Origin: Macrostomum hystrix
Lineage: Eukaryota; Animalia; Platyhelminthes
Assembly (NCBI GenBank): GCA_950097015.1
Contig: CATNEN010000001.1
Span: 16,988,001 to 17,052,000, forward strand
Length of the DNA stretch: 64,000 nt
Direction of reading: 5' to 3'
This document shows positions 1-13,410 of this stretch, piece after piece (within the stretch, counting starts at the first letter, position 1; every line of letters starts with the position of its first letter). The position numbers and the translations under genes were made by a program. The notes beneath the pieces are model-generated. The model did no database searches. It worked only from the letters and a program-made list of their open reading frames with translations, and was not told where the DNA came from.

Positions 1-134
1 TTTTTAGCGGGCTTAAGAATGAGATCACAAGCTTGAAACATAACAAACATTTATTAAAACCAGAAAAAGCACTACAAATATGTATTGGCAGTCTATCGTG
101 ACGCTGAGAACAAAGCATGCATTGTTCTGAGAAC

Positions 135-860
135 TTGGGGATTTGAGGTGGATTCTTCATTGATTTGGGATGGGTTTGCTTAGGGATTTGAGGTGGATTC
201 TTCAGTGATTTGGGATGGGTTCACTTGGGGATTTGAGGTGGATTCTTCAGTGATTTGGGATGGGTTTGCTTAGGGATTTAAGGTGGATTCTTCAGTGATT
301 TGGGATGGGTTTGCTTAGGGATTTGAGGTGGATTCTTCAGTGATTTGGGATGGGTTCACTTGGGGATTTGAGGTGGATTCTTCAGTGATTTGGGATGGGT
401 TCACTTGGGGATTTGAGGTGGATTCTTCAGTGATTTGGGATGGGTTCACTTGGGGAATTGAGGTGGATTCTTCAGTGATTTGGGGTGGGTTCACTTGGAG
501 ATTTGAGGTGGATTCTTCAGTGATTTGGGATGCGTTCACTTGGAGATTTGAGGTGGATTCTTCAGTGATTTGGGATGCGTTCACTTGGAGATTTGAGGTG
601 GATTCTTCAGTGATTTGGGATGCGTTCACTTGGAGATTTGAGGTGGATTCTTCAGTGATTTGGGATGCGTTCACTTGGAGATTTGAGGTGGATTCTTCAG
701 TGATTTAGGATGGGTTCACTTGGGGAATTGAGGTGGATTCTTCGGGGATTTGGTATGAGTTCACTTCGGGATTTGAGGTGGATTCTTCTGGGATTTGGTA
801 TGAGTTCACTTCGGGATTTGAGGTGGATTCTTCTGGGATTTGAGGTGGATTCTTCAGGGA
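135..860. repeat. 45-bp minisatellite (TTGGGGATTTGAGGTGGATTCTTCAGTGATTTGGGATGGGTTCAC), ~15 copies, in the 3' region of the TGN38-like gene
   Basis: Visible tandem copies; ORFs 315..674 and 328..708 have a 15-aa period. Confidence 0.95.
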
Positions 861-1052
861 TTTGAGGTTGGTTCGCTAAGGGATTTAGGTGTTCTGTAAG
901 ATATTGAGATCGACAATTGGTAGGAATCAAGGTGACATTTCGAAAGGTTTTGCAGCATAGAAATAGCAAAAGGCATCAAGATTAGGAAATTAAGGATTAA
1001 CAAAAAAGCGAGAGAAAAAGCGGATACAATGTAAGTCTACGCAAAGAATAGT

Positions 1053-4000
1053 TTAAAACACAAAATTTTGAACAGAATCCGGCTTTTCGCGTGGCGCTTT
1101 CGGCAGCTCTTCCTCGGCTGGCAATCGCTTGTAGCTGCCGGAGGAATTCCTGCTAGTGGAGCGACGCCCAACACCAGCGGAGCTACGGCGACCTTCGACC
1201 AGGCAGGCTATGATCTTCAAGGTGGGAGGGCGATTCGCACAATTCGGCTTGTGTTGAGAAATAATTTTCAATTATTTGAAAATCGAAGTGAAGTTTAGGA
1301 TTTGAGGTGGTAGTCAGTGTACATTAGAGTTTGAGGTGGTAGTCAGTGTACATTAGATTTTGAGGTGGTAGTCAATGTACATTAGGGTTAGAGGTGAAAG
1401 TCAGTTTACATACATTAGGGTTAGAGGTGGTAGTCAGTGTACATTAGAGTTTGAGGTGGTAGTCAGTGTACATTAGAGTTTGAGGTGGTAGTCAGTTTAC
1501 ATTAGCGTTAGAGGTGGTAGCCTGTGTAAATTAGAGTTTGCACTACATTTTAATCTGAAAAAGTGTTAGTTTACACTTTACAGTTTACAAATACATTTTA
1601 AGAACTGTTGTTCGTCTACTTTATCCTTACCGTGTGCTAGTTATCTGATTGGTTGAGGCTTTTATTGTACATACTTTCTGCTCCTCTTTAAGTGATTTTA
1701 TTACGACCCCCGTAATTTTATTGTGACACTGCCCCCAACCCTCCTGCAAATAATAATATTAATAATAATAATTAATAATAATAATAATCGAAATACTTTT
1801 TGGATTTTAAAAGCTAGCTCAACTTCGCTAAAAAAATAAAGTGACCCTGAATTAGGCCCTGTCTGAATAGAAACGAAAATACTGTAACAAAAAGAGATCT
1901 CTTCACCGTGTGCGTGGTTTACTCCATTCCTCTATATTAGGAATATGAGGCGATGAGACAATATCGCATGCTATACTTTTAATCAATTTTTCACCTACTC
2001 TTTTGAACAGTTTGGCACAAAACACAGCATTCTACTAGCTCAAATGGAAACAAGAACAGCAAGGTTTATAACTGGCGAAATATTTCAGGAAGACTTCGAA
2101 ATTGAATCCTAGCTTGGGAGGTTTAAATCTAGTAGTTAGAGCTTTTAGTTCCTTTTAGTTTCACCATGGATATGGTGGCTTCCAGTCTGTGACCTTTACA
2201 AGCGGCAGTGCCACTGACTGTTTGTCAGTTTAAAAAAGTGACATACCTTCCGTTTTCGATGACAGACTACATACAACAAGCCGGCTAGGACGATAAAAGC
2301 AACAAAATAGACTGCCAGATAGGACGAGCCGCCGTAGCTAAGACTATCAGAGGCGTCTCTGCTTTTTAAATTAAAGCGCTGGTTTGCGATGGATTCAATG
2401 TCAGGCTGCTGCTGCTCTTGCTGCTGCTGCTTTGGAAGTTGCGGCTGAGGCGGCGGTGCCGGTCGCTTACGGAAAGGCGGCGGGGGCGGCGGGGGCGGCA
2501 GTTGTGCCCCCGCGTCCGTATCGACAGAGCCGGAGTTGTCGCCATCGTACATAATGCCGCGATCTTCAACACTGGCTTCGTCGCCAACTGACAGCTTGTT
2601 CGTATTCTTTGACTGCTTGACATTCGGAGGCACTGTGCTAGCCTTGCTGGTGGTTAAAAATTTGGCACCTACGGTTGAGCTAGCCGGCTTCCTATTTGAA
2701 CGGGACAGGCTCTTGTCAGGCGACTGAACTATGGAAGCGCTGGATTCTTCCGTTTGATCATCGTCGCGATTCGGCGTGTCCTTGTGAGAGCTGGGAACTC
2801 TGGAATCAGATTTGACATCGTCGCGATAATCTTCTTCGCGACTTTCTGCGCCTGAATTGTGACTGGCAGATTCGTTATTGTCATTGCTAGCATGTGACGC
2901 TTTTTTGGCCTCGTTGCCTGGACGTCTCTGTGATACTGTTTTGGTCTCTGCAACAGCTATCAGTCCTGCACTGCGTGTTGCTGCTTCATTAGCTGATTTG
3001 ATCACCGATTTATTGACGATAGCCGAGGCAAAAGCTCTTAAAGTTAACGGGCTAGACGTTGCCAATATACTCGTTAAGGAATCATTGGGTGCTTTAGTTG
3101 CATCTTCACTTGTCGCATTACGGACTGGTGCACTTTTAGAACCACTTGTGCTTAAACGCGCAAAAACACCGCCAGTAACAGCCGCAGTATTGATCGATTC
3201 GTTTTGTTGAAGGTTTAAAATCGAACTCGCAGTGGTACTTACATTTTTACTAATGATTAAACTGCCATTTCTTAGCTTAATCTCTTTAACAGAAGTTACA
3301 GAGTCATTGTTAGTAGTGTTTGAGACCAAAACAGTAGAGTTGTTAAAATTACGATTTGAATCAGTCAATCTTTCTGAAGAAACTGATGTTAAAGTGCTTG
3401 AGCCATTAGCAGGCTTAAATTGATTATCTGTTGAATTGGTGGAATTGTATACCTTTTTATGATTAACTTTGGACGATTTTTCTATATCTTCAGAAGCTGT
3501 GGATTCTTCTTCAGGCACAAATGTTTTGATTGGTGCTTTTTTCTTAGTATTTGAAGACTCATTTTCTGTTGACTGATAAGCTTTGTCTTTTATCTTTACG
3601 CCAATGTCTGCATCAGTAGATTCTATCTCAGAATCTGTTGGAGTATTGCCAGACTTTTTATTACTGACATTTCCAGTTGGTACAGAACGAAGTTTCTCTG
3701 ATTTGGATTCCACATATGATTTTCTTGTGAAATCCTTGATAATTTCCTTAAACACATTTAGCACACCACCAGTTACATTTAGCTTTTTGTGATTAGCAGG
3801 CAATGCAGCACTAGGCTTTACTCTATCAGTAGCATTTGACAAGTCCTGTGTGGCATTAATTGACTCTTGAAAAGTAGATTCCAAGGTCTTTGAATTGTTG
3901 ATATTGCCTGCAGATGCATTTTCAATTGCAGCTAATGCACTGTTGCTTGTTTTGTTAGCTTCCAAAGGCAGAGCATCTAAAAAAAGAAATAAAACATATT

Positions 4001-5028
4001 TTATTAGAATGCCATAGAAAGGGGCTTTGCACTTTGCCAATTAAGAATCGTGTTCATAAGTAACATAGTTAACCTAGTTAACCTAGTTAACATAATGTTT
4101 TCTTATTTCACCTTGCAAAAATATTTCTAGTGAAAGTTGTCATTGATTTTCATAATCAAAGTAAATTTCAGGGAACGGATTAATAAATAAAAGGTCTAGT
4201 AACCTTTTAAAATGAATAAGAAATTATTTTAGCAAACATTGTTTGAAAAATGCTTGTAAGCCCAATATATAAAAAAATTTTCCACAGCTTACAGAACACT
4301 TTGTCATGCAAAGTATGTAATGATTGATATAGTAATTGAAAGTATGTTACTATAATTCTTATAGGTTTCAGTCTGTTACTAACCATTTTATTATATAATT
4401 CAAAACTAGGCTTATCAGATACTGATAAAACATATAACCAAAGCAAGCAGCACATTTGATCTCTTTTTTTATGTACAAATACACACCATGCATGCCAAGG
4501 TGCATGCCAACCCCTTGAAATATACACTGGTCAATGCACACCATGGATGACATGCTTACCATCTCAAATTAAATGCACACTAGAATTCTAGCATGCACTT
4601 TATGATCTGGACTAGGGAGAATATTATATTTCAAGTAAATGCTAATAACTGATTCATACTATAAAATTTATTGTAAAACTTAGTAGAACTACTAGGTGTA
4701 TTGATCATATTTTTCTTATACTATAACTTAGAGTAACAAATTACAACCTAGATAGCTACTTCTGTAATTAAAAAAATTATAAATAAATAAAAAATAATAA
4801 AAATATATAATCACTATCATTAAATGCAAATAGGCTATAGTCTTATTTACAACTAATTAAGAGAACAATAAGCATCTGTATTTAGGATAATTATTTGTCT
4901 TAAATAATTTAAAATAATAACTTACCAGAAAAGACCATAGCAAATAGAGAAAATACAGCAACGAGTGCGACGATATCAAAATTGACGCACAGTCTTGTTC
5001 GGGTTACTATAGAAGTCATTTTAAACAT
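1053..5028 (-). CDS. TGN38/TGOLN2 (KCT2/C5orf15 family) type I membrane protein; exons 5028-4926, 3976-2247, 1214-1053
   Basis: Exon 1 encodes a signal peptide (MFKMTSIV...VALVAVFSLFAMVFS, G|gtaag). Exon 2 gives a Ser/Thr/Asn-rich lumenal region, TM SSYLAVYFVAFIVLAGLLYVV and HRKRK|gtatgt. Exon 3 reads IIACLVEGRRS...GSYKRL...NFVF*. Splice phases match. The tail parallels TGN38 HNKRKIIAFVLEG..SDYQRL, including the YxxL sorting motif. Confidence 0.85.
1295..1540. repeat. ~29-bp minisatellite (GAGGTGGTAGTCAGTGTACATTAGAGTTT) in the last intron of the TGN38-like gene
   Basis: About 8 tandem copies visible. Confidence 0.9.
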
Positions 5029-5125
5029 GAATATTTAGTTGGGTTTAGAACATGTTACGTTTCTTTAGTTAGGGAGGTAAAAGCTAACTGAATAAAACGA
5101 GAGTTTGTAGGAACGCATGTACAGA

Positions 5126-5226
5126 ATTCTAGAAATTTCTATGTAAACCAATAATTTAAATTCCCGCGCGAATCTTCCAGAATGAGAAAACCAAATATCC
5201 TAGATTCTGGAATGTTCAGTATAAAC
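5126..5226 (+). promoter_or_regulatory. Three heat-shock elements followed by a TATA box
   Basis: TTCtaGAAatTTC 5127-5139, GAAtcTTCcaGAA 5170-5182, TTCtgGAAtgTTC 5205-5217, TATAAA 5220-5225. Confidence 0.7.
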
Positions 5227-6775
5227 TTCTATAATATAATTTGCCCACAGCGCTAAACATTCAAGCGTTTCTTTAATTTCGACAACTAACCCTCTCAAGC
5301 GACAAAAATACACGAATCTCCGCCTTCGTCTCGATTATTTAATACCGCTAAAAGTTCACTGGAGACTGGTGTGAAATGACGTCTGTGTTTCAGATTTGGT
5401 TTAAGGATGATAGTTTCTTCAATTTCGACAACTAACCCTCTCAAAAATACACGAACTACAGCACCACCGAGTCGGCACTCAGGTCCTGGTGGGCAGCAGG
5501 CCGGTCCTGTCCACGAAGTCTGAGCTCGGCTCAAACAAGCCCAGCTCGTCAAATGACGGTACCTTAACTGGGATGATGCGGTTGCAAGCGGGGATGGTCA
5601 CGGTGCTAGCAATACTTGCAATCAAGGTGGTGGGAACCACTCGACAGGGTTCGGGTCATCGTAGTTGACCTGTGCACTATACTAGTTGACCTGTTGCAAA
5701 TCAATAACGTGTTAGTGCACAGGCACTCACTACTTACTACTTGGGTACAATTAATAGTTCAATAATTTCGGATGACAATTAGGCTTAAATATCTTTGACT
5801 CACAAATTTTATTTTATGCACCACTGAAGTTCAATTTCCATTTAGACTGCTGATTTAAATATCTTTCCGTTTTAACAAATTGACAGATGCCCCGATGTAT
5901 AGGTATTAGGATGTAGGATTTATTATTCAGTTATAAACCACGAAGACTCTTAATGTAGATGCGGTGTAAAAGTAATTGATGACTAAGGGCGCAAGACGCT
6001 CGACTCGTGGTAAAATTGTTGTGTTTAAGCGCTGTAACGATCGATGTGTCGCAGTATAGTCATTGTGAAACAGTTTTAATGCGAAATTTAAATACGACGG
6101 TAAAATAAATTAATGTAGATTTTAAACAATAGTACAGAACTGGTACCTGGCGACTTTTTGGGAGCTGGGTGAACTGAATCGTTAGGAAACTGTCTTTTTA
6201 AAGGACCTCACTATTATACAAATTAATTCTATGTACAGGAACGTTTTCTCTCTCATGGTAATAAAAATATGCGGTTTTCAAAGAATTCTTTGCATTGAGG
6301 GAAATTAATTCGCTGCACAACTGTGCTCTGAGCGAATGCTTTAATCAACTCTGATAATATCGCACGCTCAGGAACAAACAAAAACCCATTATCTTCGTCA
6401 GTTTCGCAGTTATTTGACAGCTGCGCTGCTTTCAACTCGCCTTAAAAAATTGCTAATCACGCAATGGCAGTGGCAATATATTGCCAAATTCTTTCTCTTC
6501 TCTCTGAGCACACCATCAGGTCGATCGATCGAGGTATTAACAAACTCACAGAAAAAATGCAGTCCTCTCTTTGTATTTGCTGGAATCTGCAATTTAAACA
6601 TTGAACATGGATCCTAGAGCCATGCATTGTTTGACTTAGAACCCAACAAATATATACGCCTCTACATTAGGCCAGGCATGACGCAAAATGCATTTGCAAA
6701 ATTACAAAAACCAAATCAGTGCTAGCGGAGCGCGGTGATTCTTCTTTGACAAATAACAGTGACACGACTCTAGAG

Positions 6776-7725
6776 GTGAATATTAACAAATCAAAACTGG
6801 CCCTTCTATTGCTGTTGGCGGTCAGTATTTCGTGCGCACGTGAGTAAAAGCTTGACTAATTTTTTTCGAACTTTTGGCACAAGTGAATCAATTGAATGTC
6901 ACAGCTATTGCAGAGTGTCTCCAACCTGTTGCGGCGAATGCAGTTAGCTTTGTTTCGAAGAAATCTTTGAGCATTCCAAGGAATGTTTGCATGGTTGAGA
7001 ACCTTTTTCGAAGCAATGTGTCCACTGCATGAGGCCAAATGCATTGTAGCTACTTTTAATCAGGTCAACGGAGAATGCATCATCTTCACGGCTGTCCGGG
7101 CATCGCGAATGGAAAGTTCTCCAGGACTGGATATCAGCCGCCAATCAAACACCAAGCTGTGGGTCGCTGAAGATCTGGACGAGTTTCTGTCTGATCCGAT
7201 GACAACCACAATCACAACATCTCCGACAACAACCTCGACTGCACCGCCTACTACAGCTACGGTTTCGACACCTACTACAGCTACGGTTTCGACACCTACT
7301 ACAGCTACGGTTTCGACACCTACTACAGCTACGGTTGCGACACCTACTACAGCTACGGTTGCGACACCTACTACAGCTACGGTTTCGACACCTACTACAG
7401 CTACGGTTGCGACACCTACTACAGCTACGGTTGCGACACCTACTACAGCTACGGTTGCGACACATACTACAGCTACGGTTTCGACACCTACTACAGCTAC
7501 GGTTTCGACACCTACTACAGCTACGGTTGCGACACCTACTACAGCCACGGTTTCGACACCTACTACAGCCTAGATTCCGACACCTACTACAGCCACGGTT
7601 GCGACACCTACTACAGCTTAAATTTCGATAACTAATACTGTATCCACTGTTGATGCCCCTACTACAGCCGCGCCTACGACAGCGAATATGTCCAAGATTC
7701 AAGATCACGAAAAAAAATCTTTAAC
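6776..7725 (+). pseudogene. Disrupted paralogue of the PAN/Thr-rich secreted protein at 9655-11833
   Basis: Signal-peptide exon 6776-6839 (KLALLLLLAVSISCA|gtgagt) has no in-frame ATG, only GTG. Exon 2 starts near 6914 and is frameshifted near 7010 (..NLFRS / AMCPL..). TKLWVAEDL matches TKLWLAENL. In-frame TAG at 7571. No glycine-rich exons follow. Confidence 0.7.
7240..7620 (+). repeat. 24-bp coding-type minisatellite (TPTTATVS/A)
   Basis: ACACCTACTACAGCTACGGTT(T/G)CG, ~15 copies. Confidence 0.95.
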
Positions 7726-8052
7726 CATTTTTGTGTGCAACTCAAGAAAATTCCGAGTTTAAAAAGTTACTGATCGAAACAAATAAACTAACGACGAAAA
7801 GTTTTATTGAAACGAAAAGGTGTGTTGGTTGATGTAAAAGCATTTATTTTCGCACGAAGATTAGCAATCACAATTATAATGATAATCGGAGTGTCACTAG
7901 AGCAAGCACTTCTATTGTAACGGAAAGTGCAGAGGAAGTACATAAATTAAAAGGTAAAACTTTGCTGGCATGAATAAGAGTAAAGTTGTTGGTTTTAACC
8001 GATTCTGCAACTGCATCGGTATTATACAATCGTTGTCATTAAGGTGAGTTTA

Positions 8053-8994
<942 letters not shown>

Positions 8995-9073
8995 TTAGTC
9001 TTTAGAAAGTGCTTTGATTTTTAGCTTTCCTAGTTGCTTTCGCAGTTCTTGAGAGTGAGGTCTGCAAGCGCGC

Positions 9074-9140
9074 TTTATATATGCGAATTGTCTATGGCTT
9101 GGTCAACAGTGGCGCCTAGAAAATTAATTCTAGAATTTTC
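9074..9140 (-). promoter_or_regulatory. Polyubiquitin promoter: TATA box and heat-shock element
   Basis: Minus-strand ATATATAAA at 9082-9074, ~105 bp above the ATG; TTCtaGAAttTTC at 9128-9140. Confidence 0.7.
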
Positions 9141-9654
9141 CATATATTTTAATGCTAAAAATAGCTTTTCGTTTGCGTTCGTCGTCCAAAGCGCAGCAAA
9201 TTTATGGTGTCATGTCTATTTTTAGAAATGGTTAGCGAACGAATCTTATGAGCCGAAGCACGCATGACGCAAAGCGGCAATCATTTTTAGATTGCTTACT
9301 CACCGACGAATAAACAAGCAATCTATCTTCATAATCAAAATATGATACTCTATTTTGTACTGTTTATGGGCCGCTATTATTGCTATTGTTCGACACTAAA
9401 GTTTGGGTCATTTCTGAGATTACGATAAAAATGGTGTTTGATGACAGGCAAAGATGCCAAGGCCAAATGTCTTTATCCGCACCTATAGCGGCATTATTGC
9501 AACAAATTCATCCCCTATTAGATCCCCTTAAGCTGGTGGCAAAATCCCATTGGCTGGCTTTGGGGACTTTGTCTCAAATAAAAATGAAACTGTTGCAGAA
9601 TGAAGGTGGACATCGGTGCTGCTTTCTGTAACAGAACAAACTCAGCGACTGAAT

Positions 9655-10109
9655 ATGAAACACATAATAGCAATTGGACTTGCAATAGGTGAGTTTCATT
9701 CTGTTTGTAGCATTTTTTTAGTTTTCATTTTAATATTTTGCAGGCCAAAGACCATGCTTACCATCTTGTTTCAGTAGTTGCCATTGTGCATGGAGTCGAC
9801 TGCATTCCGCACAGCTTTGTGCCCGCCAATTCGCTAATCATTGGCGACAACTCCAGCTGCACGGAGCTGATTCCATCTGGAGTGGTCAGGTCCGAGCTCG
9901 AGTGTGTCACAATGTGCCCGTTCAATCGCACCTGCATTGGGGCCAGATACCATCTAGAGACAGGTGCCTGCCATGTCCTACTGGCAAACCGGCTTTCCGA
10001 AGCACCGTCTGGCACTCTGAAGGGCTTGAACCTGACTGTTAATGCCAACGTCACCAAGCTCTGGCTAGCCGAGAACCTGACGGATATACTCAACCAGCTT
10101 TCTGCTCCA

Positions 10110-10180
<71 letters not shown>

Positions 10181-11833
10181 TTCGAATATGATTTCCATTC
10201 AGAATATGACATTTTTTCGGCGTAGGTTGAAAGTTGATGTACTTTTTTCGCCCACTAAAACTCACATTGGCAATGGCACATCATTAGGTGACACTAGACC
10301 CGCAGTCAGCCATTCTGCCCATTCTGCTGACTCCTGACTCCTGAGCACACACAGATACTGTTCGCTGGCACACGCTAACACATCTACCCTGACTTTCTCA
10401 TCGTCAGGTAGTGTACATTTCACTGTGCCTTGGAGGTTGGACCTCAAAGACATAAATTGCACGACAAGCCCCCAAGCCATCTCTCCGAGGCTGCGTCCCA
10501 AAAATGGATGTGGCCTCGCCGCGGAATCGAACTTAAGGACCGTGGTGCGAGAGGCAAACGCGTTGACCGCTCTGCCACCGACCACCTCAAACTCCCATTG
10601 CCATCATGATTAATCTGAAACAATGAACACGTCCATGTTGCAGCCACTGGCTTTGGTCGTAACGGCACCGTACAGACATTCACGGTTCCATCGACCGCCT
10701 GCTACTTCATCCGGGCGTTCGGAGCCAGCGGTGGCAGCCACTGGACTGTGTACGACGGCAGTCCCACCACAACATTCCCGCCGAAGTTCTGGTACGGAGG
10801 TGTTGGCGCCTACAGGGCCGGCAGATTCCTGCTGACTCAGGCAACCCAGCTTTTAATCGTTGTGGGCCAAAGTGGCAGTAACTCCACCGAAATGACCCCA
10901 GGCTATCCGACCTACCCGGAAGACAACGCTGGTGCCGGAGGCGGTGGAGGCACCTTTGTTTACAGAAGCTCCGACAACTACTTGTACCTGGCGGCTGGGG
11001 GTGGGGGCGGTGGTTCCAACAGTTATCAAGGTGCGAATTTCAATTATTGAGCAGACAAAATCTATTTGTAGTTAGGTTAATCGAATCTCATAAGGGGCCT
11101 TACCTAGAATCGCAGCAGGAGCCTAGAATCGCAGCAGGAGCCTAGAATCGCAGCAGGAGCCTAGAATCGCAGCAGGAGCCTAGAATCGCAGCAGGAGCCT
11201 AGAATCGCAGCAGGAGCCTAGAATCGCAGCAGGAGCCTAGAATCGCAGCAGGAGCCTTACCTAGAATCGCAGTAATAGCCTTAACTAGAATCCCAGCAGG
11301 AGCCTTAACTAGAATCGCAGCAGGAGCCTTACCAGGAACTCGGCATTACTTGAATTCCAGGCGTCCCTGGTCAATCTGGACCAAATGGCACCAGTTCAGT
11401 TGGAGCCTCGGCTAGCCAAAGCTGTCCAGGTGGGAGCGACGGGAATCCGGGCAGCACAAACCCCCCCGCCGGCAACTATCACGGCGGACCCGGGGCGGGG
11501 TGGAATGGCCAGTTCAACGTCACCAGGCGGAGCATTCAGCACGGAGACCGTGGCGGCAGTCGCACAGAAGGCTGGATCGGCGGAGTCGCCGGCGGCATGA
11601 ACTCCGGCGCAGTCGGTGGTTTCGGCGGAGGCGGCGGCGGCAGCGAGGACAACGGAGCTAGCGGCGGCGGAGGCGGCTACAGCGGCGGCGGCGCAGGCAC
11701 AACATCCAAGCAGGCTGGCGGCGGTGGCGGCTCGTACTGCTCCGGGGCGGCCTGCGAGGGTGCCACAGGAGGCAATACGGATTCCAGCGCTGGTCTCGTC
11801 ACGATTCAACTGTTCGGCCCCACCTGTGGCTGA
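9655..11833 (+). CDS. Secreted protein: signal peptide, PAN/apple-like Cys domain, poly-Thr linker, ALK/LTK-type glycine-rich domain; exons 9655-9688, 9775-10221, 10644-11030, 11361-11833
   Basis: Three phase-1 GT-AG introns give one continuous ORF: MKHIIAIGLAIVVAIVHG, ECVTMC..C..C, VQTFTVPSTACYFIRAFGASGG, LLIVVGQSG, GAGGGGGTFVY, LAAGGGGG, GGFGGGGGG..SGGGGGYSGG, GLVTIQL. Motif order is collinear with the ALK glycine-rich domain. Confidence 0.8.
10110..10180 (+). repeat. (ACT)n microsatellite encoding the poly-Thr linker
   Basis: About 22 ACT/ACC codons in frame. Confidence 0.95.
10262..10582 (-). mobile_element. tRNA-derived SINE family A, intronic copy
   Basis: Minus strand begins GGTGGCAGAGCGG (A box) ... 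GTTCGATTCC (B box); body homologous to 13411-13765 and 46945-47547. Confidence 0.8.
11100..11335. repeat. 19-bp minisatellite (CCTAGAATCGCAGCAGGAG) in intron 3
   Basis: About 11 copies. Confidence 0.95.
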
Positions 11834-13410
11834 CCGCTAACAGTTTTGGGAAACACGTGTCTATGAGAGGAACTAGTAGGAATAGAACACAATTTATGAT
11901 TAATCTAGATTATTTTTTCTTCAAAGATCTGTCATTTTACTGAGCATCTATCAGAAAGAATTGTTTTCTAACTGTAACCATAAAAATTCTGGCTGAAAAT
12001 ACACATTAGTGCAAGCCCAGATTTCAATTCTTTGTGGCTAAAGATTTTTAAGTGGCCCAATTTTTTTAGCCCGCATGATGAGGCTTGGCAAACAGCTGCT
12101 GAAAACTCCCATGCTAGCCGCAGGCTGTCAACGGATTGTTGAAAGTATATGTACTCATTTCTAGTGTATAGCAAACTATAAGCAGTTCAGAAAGTAAATT
12201 TGCAAATCCATGGCTAGTTCAAGCTAGTTGCAATGTTAAACACTAAGCACTTTTAGCTAACATTCCAAGCTTTAGATGTCATCATCAAATACGAATGCTT
12301 TCCTTCTTAAAATCAGTTTGATTGATTGATGCTGTCAGAGCTAAATGATCTGGGAGAGCCAGCACACGTTACAGGCTTTCAACTCGTATTGGAAAATTGC
12401 ACAAGTTTCCTTTAGTTTCTCGTGGATCAATTGTTCTCTACACACTCATTGTCGTCGATCAAGGCCTGACATGCCGGGCCACTTTGTTAGGAGCGCTTAG
12501 CAACTGACAAAACAGCTAGGCATGACTTTCTCACAATGCATGGGGTAGGCACTTCTCAGGTTTTCTGTTTTCAAATGCGCCTTCTCTTTAGTTCCAGAAA
12601 GAAGCAGTTGACTACTTCACGTGGGACAACTGAGCTCACTTAAAAAATTAATTCTCTAAAGCAACTAGAGAAGTACTGAGAGCCATGTTAATTCTGCTAT
12701 AGGCTACTTACCATGAGCTATAGCTATCCTCAGGACACATCTGCAGTTCTGATGCACCAGCACCTGTACAAAAACACAGATAACATCTAGTTCGTTCAAC
12801 CATTTTTGTTAAGTTTCTGCTTAAGTCGAAAGGTGAATAAATTCTCAAAACTCGTCGCGCAGACACACTTCTACCGGGGTAGTTGAGATTAGAGAAATGC
12901 ACGTGAAGTGAGTAGCCAGTCAGTCATTCACCCATTGTCGGGATAATTGTATTCTAGAAGTCAGTTGTCAGTCTGGCTCAAAAGAGACAGATTGGTTTTC
13001 GGTTGAAAAAGTTGGCTAATTCCTATAAAACACGGACTGCTGTCATAATGCATCATAATGCAACATACATAATACATGCTGCAGTAGAAAGAAATGATGC
13101 ATTCACAGTTGACGAGTAGAAAATTATTGGAATATGGGAGCTTTAGAAGCATAATTAATGAAACAGTCGTTTACGCATGCACGATGTACTTTTGGGATGT
13201 GAACTGCTGCGGAACTGGTCCTAACGGTGAAGGTTAGTATACAGTCGATATAATTATTGCCCACTCAAAAGTGACAGCAAACAAGGAATTTTATTGTTGC
13301 ACAGTAATGTTAATTACAACCACATTTGTTGTTTCTTGTTAAAAAATAAACAGTAAAGAGTAGTATAGATTCCTAAGTTTGTACTTCTATTATCGTACTT
13401 TAGCAATAGG

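Noticed and set aside
10380-10412. CTGACGA..GAAA on the SINE minus strand as a hammerhead ribozyme, as in schistosome Sm-alpha
   Set aside because: No room for stem II between the motifs, and the core is not kept in the 13411 copy; only a simple hairpin is shared
12340-12770. Possible degenerate coding exons on the minus strand
   Set aside because: Multiple stops and no recognisable family; cannot be supported
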